A DNA stretch of 63,302 nt, filler included, from Octopus bimaculoides (taxonomy: Eukaryota): assembly GCF_001194135.2 (NCBI RefSeq). It is 4 parts of 4 records of this genome, joined end to end, with 100 filler letters (N's around TTAATTAATTAA, not from the genome) between each part and the next. Parts side by side here need not be neighbours in the genome. Positions count along the whole stretch, not along the records: positions 44,257 to 63,302 come from NC_068987.1; 3 more parts are not named here. One strand, given 5' to 3'. A model generated the notes under the pieces. The model made no database searches, had not been told where the DNA came from, and saw only the letters and a list, made by a program, of their open reading frames with translations. This document shows positions 52,787 to 63,302 of the stretch, piece after piece (the stretch's first letter is position 1; every line of letters begins with the position of its first letter). The position numbers and the translations under genes are program-made.

Positions 52787-53184
52787 CNNNNNNNNNNATA
52801 TATATATATATATATATATAGTTTTAAGGATATCAGGAATTTACTGACAGAAGACTAATTTGATAATGCATTTGAGCTATAATAATTTTTTCTTCATGTG
52901 TCTTCAACAAATTTATATAGACTTGCAGAAATTCTAGCAACATCATGGAACGTTGTTGGTTTCTAAGACAGTAATTTATTGAACACGTATTCCATTGTAA
53001 CTTCTATATGTTTTAAATAAGCCATAAACTCTTTGGCTCATCGTATTATTGCTGTAGACAATTTGGTAAATATTATCAGCGAAAATTACATAAACTTATC
53101 TTTTAAACTCAGAAATGAACTACTAAACGGCAGGTGTTTTCATTTGCTGCTTTGAAAATTATCGTTTCTGTAGAAATAAATACG

Positions 53185-53227
<43 letters not shown>

Positions 53228-53689
53228 ACATAAGCGTCGGAGAAAACTAAACTGAGAAAATAGAGGAATGATTTCAATATTCACATAGTTTGTGTACTCT
53301 ACCAAATTGCGTGGTAACATTTTCTAATAACAATCCTGAAAAATGAAGTAAAGATTACACTAATTGCATTAAGTTACTCTTCAAATATTATCAGTTTTAT
53401 TTCGATTGAGGGTTTAGTGGGTGTACATTGCTCGCTCTCTAGGTAACTACTATCAAAGTTAATAATACAGTGGGTCGTTTGAGTCATAAGATACAACGTC
53501 CCTGTGATTTGAGTTAGTATCCTAGTGATGTCAAAATGTGGCCTTTAACTTTTTCAGGTCGAGATGGAAAGCATTGGACGAGATGCATTGCGTCACATCT
53601 GGTTATGTACGTCTTGAGTTCTTGAGTGGTTAGACTAATCCATCGTTGACTTTAATGTGTCATTCTACCTGGACCTTTTACGCGTTCAC

Positions 53690-54150
53690 TAGAGATCACT
53701 ATCTTGCAAACTATCAGATCAATTGTCCGGCTGTAGGACAGATTATTTCCTTCCTATTTCCAGTCTCCGAGTCCCTTCTTTATAAGGATTAAGCACGATA
53801 TCTTCTCCACTGGTAGACTATAAAAAATAGGTACCTGCATCTCAGTAGATTAGTTTCCCTAGAAATATTTCTGTGATATTTTATTCATCAATTGTACGTC
53901 TATTTAGCCCCACGCCTCTATTTGAACACAGAAATCCACCAGTCTAACTGCTCCATCTTCACCGATAACATAACATCTTCATCAATAACCACCGATAACC
54001 AAGTTGTTGCTACCAGGTAGTCCTTCCTTCATGACTTAGGTATTTTTCAAATAGCTCAATTTCTCTGAAGATCCAGGACAACTAAAAGACGTACCTAATA
54101 GAGGACTCAAAGGAGTGCGACTGATTTCCTGTTGCTACCTTTCATAGCAA
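53690..54150 (-). mobile_element. Possible highly decayed LINE RT fragment
   Basis: Weak ILIKKG..NNLS and NRRTIDE..TEIF similarity to RT motifs. Confidence 0.25.
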
Positions 54151-56265
54151 CCACTTCTGTATCACGCAGTTTGGATGAATGAGACTGGTTTGACACTCAG
54201 GTCACAACCTTTCAAATATCAAGTCTTACAATTGTTACAGCGGAAAAATGAAAATCTACTTATCCACATTTTCCTTTCTCTTAGGCTTTTCGGAAAATAT
54301 TCATTGTTTCGTGGAGTTACCAGCAATTTGCTAAAAATTCACCGATAATAGATTTTTCATTCTTTGGTGAATAGAAGACATGTACATATCCAATCTCACC
54401 GTTAAAAATTTACTGACTAGACATTGAATTGTGTCCCGTTCTAACACATCATTTTTCGGTATTCGCGAGTTATCGATTTCATGTTTGTGCAGGTAATTGT
54501 GGTGATGGGTAGTATTCTTTCTGAGAATCATTTTGACGTACTAATCACTTCACTTCAGTTGTTCTCATTGCATATTGTCCTAAGTTTATTGCCACCATAT
54601 CTCAGATTACAATTACTTACCATGTTTGTGAAATTATTCTCTAAATGTCAATGCGAGATGCCAAGCTGATCCTGATGTAAAGAGTATTTTCTTCATGAAT
54701 ACTGGGTGACAGTTATCACTAGACGCAGATATTGATTATGAAAGTGTGACATCTTTTATTTCGATGCAGTCTTTGGAGGAGAGGGCTTGTCTTCTTTTAG
54801 CAGCGGCGGCCGTGCTCTTCACCCTTTTCTTCACAACGGTTTATGTGGCTGTCGGCTCTTATCATTTGCTGTTTTATCATTGATAGTTTTTGGCTAGGAA
54901 GCTCGAATATATTATTGTTGTGCCTGTCTCGCTCTCAGATACCTTTAGTATCATGTAGTCCAAAATTAACTTTGAAGGGTGAATATATAAGGTATATTCA
55001 ATTTTGTATATACTTTCCTGTTAGACCAAAGTAATTTGTGAGGTCAAAAATAAATACATACGACTATAAATAGAAAAGTTGCATACGATATTAAAAATTT
55101 CGGTAAAGAGTTAAAATGAATATAGATTACATTTCGAAGCAAAATTTATTGCATCTTTTATCTTACTGTACTCACATGGAAACTTCATTTTCTGTATCTA
55201 TGGCGACACTGAGTGTTTTGAGCATAGCAACTGCATTTTATCGCAGGTAAACTCATTGGTTATTCGTATAGCGTACAAGAGCTAAGTGCCTAAATGTCTT
55301 CTTTTCTATTATCACCATTCGATCATATGTTCTTTAATCCAAACTTCACAAAACGAACCAAACTTCCTCCCACACATCGGCTGAACTGTTTAAAATTTCC
55401 CCACCCACCCCAGGAGCATATGAAACCATATCATTTCTTTGGAAATAAAGTTTAAGCTTTTTATTTTATTTTCGGCGAATTCTCTTAGCAAAGATTCCTA
55501 CTCCTTCCTGAATCATCGCTTAAACTGTTTCTTATTTTATAGAATTTTTGTTCTGGACTGCCCAGTCATCCACTAGGTAGGCAAAAGATATCGCTTGTGT
55601 TATTCAATTTGTTATCTGTCATATCCATATTTCTTTTGTTGGAAATGTTATTTGAGCAAATTAGTATTCACAATATTGTTTGCAACTGCTAAGCATATGT
55701 TTATAAGACTGCAACTACTGATGACCTCGTTTGAAGAGTTTTTACTTTTGTTTAATATTTCTTTATTCAACATCTCAAATTGAGAGGTGGCATATATCTG
55801 AACAGCACATTAGTAAAGCAGCTGCCATAAATAAAGGATTTTCATTAAATCAATAAAGCGCACATATGGTCATATTTAAAAACAAAACTAACATTACATT
55901 ACATTATGCCAATCGTAACGGTAGACGTATCTATAAGGTATGAACCTTCACCTCTACATGAGATTATACTGGGCTTTAGAAGACACATATTCCTTTAGAG
56001 AATCAATATAAACCGATTGAGAAAATAAGCTGCAATCTCGATTGGACATGATTATATGAAAAAAAACAAAAGCATTTGCAGATACACAGAAATCGAATTA
56101 TGTAAACTCATCCACACAATATCAGTATAATAGCTTAGGGATAGAGTTCAAGTAAATAAGCCTTTGCTTCCGAAAGTATATTTTCGGAAAAATTGTAAAA
56201 GTGTATTTACTGTACGTCCATCGCCTGAAGAAGTAATGAAAAAGCAAAACATTTAATTGTGTGTG

Positions 56266-56329
<64 letters not shown>

Positions 56330-57981
56330 NNNNNNNNNNNNNNNNNNNNNNNNNNNNNNNNNNNNNNNNNNNNNNNNNNNNNNNNNNNNNNNNNNNNNNN
56401 NNNNNNNNNNNNNNNNNNNNNNNNNNNNNNNNNNNNNNNNNNNNNNNNNNNNNNNNNNNNNNNNNNNNNNNNNNNNNNNNNNNNNNNNNNNNNNNNNNNN
56501 NNNNNNNNNNNNNNNNNNNNNNNNNNNNNNNNNNNNNNNNNNNNNNNNNNNNNNNNNNNNNNNNNNNNNNNNNNNNNNNNNNNNNNNNNNNNNNNNNNNN
56601 NNNNNNNNNNNNNNNNNNNNNNNNNNNNNNNNNNNNNNNNNNNNNNNNNNNNNNNNNNNNNNNNNNNNNNNNNNNNNNNNNNNNNNNNNNNNNNNNNNNN
56701 NNNNNNNNNNNNNNNNNNNNNNNNNNNNNNNNNNNNNNNNNNNNNNNNNNNNNNNNNNNNNNNNNNNNNNNNNNNNNNNNNNNNNNNNNNNNNNNNNNNN
56801 NNNNNNNNNNNNNNNNNNNNNNNNNNNNNNNNNNNNNNNNNNNNNNNNNNNNNNNNNNNNNNNNNNNNNNNNNNNNNNNNNNNNNNNNNNNNNNNNNNNN
56901 NNNNNNNNNNNNNNNNNNNNNNNNNNNNNNNNNNNNNNNNNNNNNNNNNNNNNNNNNNNNNNNNNNNNNNNNNNNNNNNNNNNNNNNNNNNNNNNNNNNN
57001 NNNNNNNNNNNNNNNNNNNNNNNNNNNNNNNNNNNNNNNNNNNNNNNNNNNNNNNNNNNNNNNNNNNNNNNNNNNNNNNNNNNNNNNNNNNNNNNNNNNN
57101 NNNNNNNNNNNNNNNNNNNNNNNNNNNNNNNNNNNNNNNNNNNNNNNNNNNNNNNNNNNNNNNNNNNNNNNNNNNNNNNNNNNNNNNNNNNNNNNNNNNN
57201 NNNNNNNNNNNNNNNNNNNNNNNNNNNNNNNNNNNNNNNNNNNCCCCCCGGAAGCTATTCACGGCATGTTTTGAAAGTTTATCAGAGACATCAACTGAAA
57301 GGGTGGCATAAAACGACGATGGTTGTAATGGCTAAACGGACAAGTTTTGTTTCTTTTTCTTTTTACCAACAGACCAGTGGTTGTTGCTGCTTCGGAAAGT
57401 TTACATTTTTTCAACATTCATATTGAAAAACTCCATTTTTTTGTTTTCTTCTAGAGCACATTAGATCTAATCAATTATAACCTTTATCCACCACATCCAA
57501 ACTATATTTTTTTTCATTTTTCTGGAGTATTATAAAATGGATTAGATAATAAACTACATTGTAATTTGATATTAATTTTGCTGTTATTAATTGTATGTCA
57601 AGTAAACGGTTGTTCCCATTATTGTTAGTGTCATTTCAGTCGTTAATATCAGCTATAGTAGTATTCGTATTGGCACTGGTGTTTCTGTGGTTTGCCATGT
57701 CTACAACAAGCAGGTAGAAATTCGCTGGTAGCTGAATAAGTTTTCAATGTTTACTTTGCTAACGCCACCTTTATATCCTTCGGCGCTCATTGTGCTCCGT
57801 TCTAATAACCCACGGAGGTTTATTGCAATAATGCAGCTATGGCCATACTAATCATACGGTTTAATCTTCGTTTCTCAATGTCTCTGTTATTTATTTCTTT
57901 CCTACAAGAAACTTTTGTAAATGAAAAAGAGCTGGAAAGTTTTTATTTTGTTTCCACGTATTCATAGGCCAAAATGATGTA

Positions 57982-58364
57982 ATTTCTTTGCTGTCCACAA
58001 AGGGCTAAACATAGAGGGGACAAACAAGGACAGGCAAACGGATTAAGTCAATTATATCAACCCCAGTGCCTAACTGGTACTTATTTAATCGACCCCGAAA
58101 GGATGAGAGGCAAAGTTGACCTCGGCGGAATTTGAACTCAGAACGTAGCGGCAGACGAAATACCTATTTCTTTATTGCCCACAAGGGGCTACACACAGAG
58201 GGGACAAACAACGACAGACAAACGGATTAAGGCGATTATATCGACCCCAGTGTGTAACTGGTACTTATTTAATCGACCCCAAAAGGATGAAAGGCAAAGT
58301 CGATCTCGGCGGAATTTGAACTCAGAACGTAGCGACAGACGAAATACCGCTAAGCATTTTGCCC
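57982..58364 (-). mobile_element. Dimeric SINE (family D variant) with a 15-bp TSD
   Basis: Two head-to-tail units (57982 and 58165); GGCCAAAATGATGTA at both 57967-57981 and 58365-58379. Confidence 0.85.
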
Positions 58365-58599
58365 GGCCAAAATGATGTACTAAGAATATCTCTCACACCG
58401 TGGTCAATTGCTCAAGAAACCAATCAACACCAATAAAAATGACAGTTCTCAACAGGCAAATAGGAATCTCAGCAAGACTAAAAGACTACCAACGCAAAAG
58501 TAGCGTTTCGTGCACAATAACACCTGCAGCAACAACACAAACAATAATAATAATAAATTGAAGGAAGAGAGTGGAGTAGACAGGATGAACAGGGAAATG

Positions 58600-61430
58600 G
58601 TGATGGGACTGTTAAGGATGAGGCACAACAACGTTATACAGTGAACACTGATACTATAATGGGTAGGCATAAAGAGCAAACGAATCAACTAGATAATGAA
58701 TTGCTTAAAGTTCAATGACGACTCACCGAATTGATGAATGCTCCAGAGGTAATAATTCCCATGAATATATGAGAAAGTTAGATAAGCGTATAATATATAA
58801 AGTAACAAAAAAGATAAATACTATCATACTATACATCCAGACGGAGGACATAACACAAACAAGGAATCTCCGAGGTATTGCACTACATTCTGGGGACAAA
58901 TTTCACATTAAGAGAACAAAAGACGGTGGAGCAAAAGAACTACGGTGGAAACGACGCATTGGGAGGGACAGAATGCGGGCAAGGCAATATCTAGGAAAAA
59001 TTGAGCAAGAGTTAAAAGGAAACTGGAAAAATAGGGAAAAGTCCGACGGAGAAAAATTAGAGAAAAATATAAAATATGGAAGAACGGGTTTGATGCAGTA
59101 ATTGAGCAGATAAAACAGGATCAAGGCAAAAAAAAAATAGCAAACAAAAAAACCCAGAAGATTAGAAGATTTCTGAACAGAAAAAAGCAGTTCGAGGAGA
59201 ACAGGTTGTTCAAAATTTGCCCGAAGCAATTCTTCCGAAAGTTAGGAGAGAAATGAGAAAATGTTGCTCCTGATTCAAATCAAGCCAAAGCATTCTGTGG
59301 AAACAAATGTAGTGGATTAAAGGCATCCAGTGTAGATAGGAACTATCAAGCATGAATTACAAGGAGGAATGAACCAAAGAAATATTGTCATAAGCAGGGG
59401 TGAAGTGCCTAATTGGAAATACTCCGGACCACATGTGTTTCATAGCATTTGGCTGAACAGACGTCACGCGGTGTATGAAAGACTAGCATCTCAATTGAAT
59501 GATTGTGTCGGGAAAGGTACAGTCTCCACATGGATGGTGATTTGGAGGACATCACTTATAATGAAAGATAGATGGGGAATATTGTGGGAAACTACCGTTC
59601 CATAGTATCCCTAAACATAATCTGGAAGATACCGAGCCGGAATATACGAGCCAAAGCCATATATTTCTAGACACAGAAAGAAATAGTCCCAAGGGAACAA
59701 ACATGATGTATGAAGAGATCTCAGAGTACCAAGGATCACCTGGTCATCGATAAAACAGTTTCGAGGCATTGCAAAAACCAACATACAAATATGTCTGGGA
59801 TTGACTTCAAGAAAGCATATCATTTGATACCTCATTCTTGGATCGTTTAGTGTTGCTCACACCACAACAAATTTTCGGATGTGTAGCATGAAAGAGTGGC
59901 AAACCAAATTGTACTCAAGTAATGTATTCCTTGGAGAAGTTAATATTAAAAGGGGAAACTTACAAGGTGACTCGTTTTCTCCGTTAGTATTTGTAATTTC
60001 ACTAATACCCATAACACTGACGCTTAGGAAAGTTAAGATGGGTTACCAATGTGAGAAGAAAGGCCCGACATTGAGCCATCTTCTGTTTACGGATGAGCGG
60101 AAATTGTTCGAGAAATCTGTAAATGAGATAGATTCATTAGCTAAAATAGTCCAGGAGTGTGCTGTGGAAGTTGGAACGACCTAATGCTCAGTGCTTATTA
60201 AGAAAAAAGGGAAGAAAGTGGCCTGCAGAGGATTGCACTTACCATTAGGAAAGACGTCGGGTAAACCGACGGTAGTGAGTGTAGATATTTAGGGATTTGG
60301 AGGTGGGTGACATTCTACACAGAGAAATGAATGTCAAGGCCAGCGAAACGTATCAAAATAGGGTGAAGATTGTGTTGAAGCCCAACCTGAATGCCAAATA
60401 TTTGATTACCGCAATATAGTGCAACTATCAGATATAGTACCATTATCTTCAAATCGACGAAGGAAGAAATATCAACACTGAATAGAGGGACGAGAAAGTT
60501 GATGACGCTGCATGGTGGGTAAGGCTGACCGTTTGTAGTAAAGCAAGACGAGAAAGAGAAAACGCGTTTGGCTATACACGGGGAGGCGACAACATACAAA
60601 ACAGAAGCAAAGTACACACTGATCTCAGATGACAACACAGCAGAAATGAGCAAAGAGACAAGAAGCAACATGGAAACTGAATTACAAAGGATACTGAAGA
60701 ATAAATGCAGAGAAAAATCACTTCCTGGTCATTACCTTGCAAGGCTTGACGAGAGAAAGTGAGCCTAAGTAAAAGCGAACAATTGCAAAATAGCTTCCGA
60801 AACGGAAGGACTGATTCTCGCTGCCCAAGACCAATGCCTGACTACAAACAATTATAAAAATAAAATAATGAAAACAGGTCTCAGCATGAAATGCAGAATT
60901 TGCATCCAACAGAAAGAGACATTTGATACATCATCCCGAGCTCTGCAGTCCTTGCGAAGTCTGAATATGTATACAGACACAAGGAAGCAAGCAGTTATAT
61001 CTACTAGAAAATATGCCAAGATTATAACATCAAACTGAAAACAAGTGATATAAGCATGCACCAAGCAATGTACCAGACAACGATCAGGCCACAATCATCT
61101 GGGATATGCCGGTTGAAACCGACAAAGAAATAAAAGCTAATCACCCAGACATAATACTCAAGAATTGGCGGAAAAGCCCCTGCTCACTGATAGACGTTAT
61201 AATCCTTTCTGATAAAAATATTGTCAAAAAAGAAATTGTCGAATTACAAAACATCGAAATTGGAGTATTCAAAATGTGGAGCATGAAGGTAAAATCAATA
61301 CTGGATCAATGAGCTTGATAAACAATCATATGAACAAAAATGTAGAATCCTCAACACTACACACTATCCAAAAAAATAGCCCTGCTAAGAAGAGCGCATA
61401 ACCTACGCAAGATACTTTTAATCCAATGAT
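58600..61430 (+). mobile_element. Near-full-length decayed R4/Dong-clade retrotransposon (RT, CCHC, RLE)
   Basis: RWKRRI, QF.ENRLF, RGNLQGDSFSPLVF...HLLFTDE (eroded MDD), CRIC..KET, WDMP..TDKEI.ANHPDI...LIDV, QKIALL..A..LRK; many stops and frameshifts. Confidence 0.88.
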
Positions 61431-61754
61431 ACAACCTAAACAAAACGACCTAAAAATACAAGACACACTCCATACATCACTTAGCCGGAGAAGTAAACTC
61501 CACCAGCAAGCAAGAATGCCAAACCGTTACGCACTCCGCACACAATTCAAGCAGTAACACGACAAAAGAGAGCACCGTATCTGAAGAAAGGAAAAAAACA
61601 TTCACAAAATACAGTTTCTAGAGGAGTTCACACTTTCCCAACAGCAGAAAAAAAAAACGCACAATGCTGCACAAACCCCAGCAACACGGGGGTTTAGCAG
61701 GTGATGCAGTAGAAATTTGCCTCAATCGACCAAATATTGAACAGTTATATACTA

Positions 61755-62120
61755 TTTTACTTGTTTCAGTCATTTGACTGCGGCCATGCTGGAGCACCAC
61801 GTTTAGTCGAGCAAATTGACCCCAGGACTTATTCCTTGTAAGCCTAGTACTTATTTTATCTCCCTCTTTGCCGAACCGCTAAGTTACGGAGTCGTAAACA
61901 CACCAGCATCGGTTGTCAAGCGATGCTGGGGGGAAAAACACAGACATACATATGTACGGCGGACTTCTTTCAGTTTCCGTCTACCAAATCCACTCACAAG
62001 GCTTTGGTCGGCCCGAGGCTATTGTAGAAGCAACTTACCCAAGGTGCCACGCAGTGGGACTGAACCCGGAACCATGTGGATGGTAAGCAAGCTACTTACC
62101 ACACAGTCACTCCTGCGCCT
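61755..62120 (-). mobile_element. SINE family B, full length
   Basis: Highly similar to the 20410-20823 copy. Confidence 0.9.
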
Positions 62121-62122
62121 AT

Positions 62123-62171
62123 ATAATAATAATATAATAATAATAATAATATTATTAATAATAATAATAAC

Positions 62172-62203
<32 letters not shown>

Positions 62204-62253
62204 TAATAATAATAATAAAAATAATAATAATAATAATAAGTAGATGAATAATA
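62123..62253. repeat. (TAA)n microsatellite
   Basis: Visible run next to an N gap. Confidence 0.95.
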
Positions 62254-62581
62254 NNNNNNNNNNNNNNNNNNNNNNNNNNNNNNNNNNNNNNNNNNNNNNN
62301 NNNNNNNNNNNNNNNNNNNNNNNNNNNNNNNNNNNNNNNNNNNNNNNNNNNNNNNNNNNNNNNNNNNNNNNNNNNNNNNNNNNNNNNNNNNNNNNNNNNN
62401 NNNNNNNNNNNNNNNNNNNNNNNNNNNNNNNNNNNNNNNNNNNNNNNNNNNNNNNNNNNNNNNNNNNNNNNNNNNNNNNNNNNNNNNNNNNNNNNNNNNN
62501 NNNNNNNNNNNNNNNNNNNNNNNNNNNNNNNNNNNNNNNNNNNNNNNNNNNNNNNNNNNNNNNNNNNNNNNNNNNNNNNNN

Positions 62582-62621
<40 letters not shown>

Positions 62622-63302
62622 AGTGTGTGTATTTTATGTGTGTGTATGTGTGCGTATGTATGTGTTTGTGTGTGTTCGCGCGTGTACCTATATGTATATC
62701 ATTATTCCCTGCAATGTATAGAAGTTGGAAATAGTTGAAAGATACAATATTAGTAAGGACATGATGGGATATAAAAATTGACTGAATAGTGTCTTCAAAG
62801 AGAAACCCATTCGAATGAAGATTAAAAATATGACTTGAGCTGCCTAATAATTTAATACCGATCAGAACTGACAACAGCTCATAGCGGTCGGCAAAATGGC
62901 GCCTTGCGAATTTTATGATTGCATGCGCGTTATTAATTGAAATTTGCAATCCAGAAGTCAATAGTTTAGCTTTTAACAATAACCCTTCGAAATACTCAAC
63001 CAAATGATCTAATTCCTACACATATTCGTTTCACCGATTGGTATTGATTGGCTGCTCATTCTGTATTATTTAGTGATACGTGCGGAGAAGGCAGTATATG
63101 ATCTGTCTGCACGTAAATATGTGCATGCACATATCCATGCACGCATGTATAGGTATACGACTGCAGATATATATGCCTGTGCGTGTAAATAGTAAGAGAT
63201 AGATAGAGAGATATTATTATATTTATTTATCTATACGCAGATACATACATACATATATATGTGCAAGTATGTGTGTGTGTATGTATATACATATGTATAT
63301 AT

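Noticed and set aside
53557-53640. Strong + strand acceptor (ttttcag|GTCGAG) considered as CYP exon 9
   Set aside because: The phase-1 translation lacks ExxR and reaches a stop.
54331-54531. ORF ...CLVSKFLTVRLDMY... on the - strand
   Set aside because: Faint resemblance to a transposase tail; neighbouring frames are closed and it cannot be assigned.

Overview
This is AT-rich, microsatellite-dense eukaryotic genomic DNA from a gapped draft scaffold. The tRNA-derived SINE families and repeat style look like Octopus (inference). One gene is solidly supported: a + strand cytochrome P450 of the CYP4 clan (CYP4V-like). Its eight in-frame GT-AG exons run from ATG 32789 to 43145 and encode about 343 aa, including the TM anchor, WxxxR and the I-helix EEVDTFMFEGHDTTA. 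I could not find exons 9-11 (ExxR, PERF, heme Cys) anywhere in the remaining 20 kb. Almost everything else is transposon debris: four SINE-like families, Penelope-like fragments (one with a candidate minimal hammerhead ribozyme), R4/Dong, CR1/L2 and RTE LINEs, Gypsy, mariner and MITE hairpins, plus simple repeats. Most ORFs in the six-frame track are microsatellite or N-gap artefacts. A few unidentified - strand exon candidates lie at 50-63 kb. I see no CRISPR, operon or demonstrably new biological system, so the findings are leads, not discoveries.
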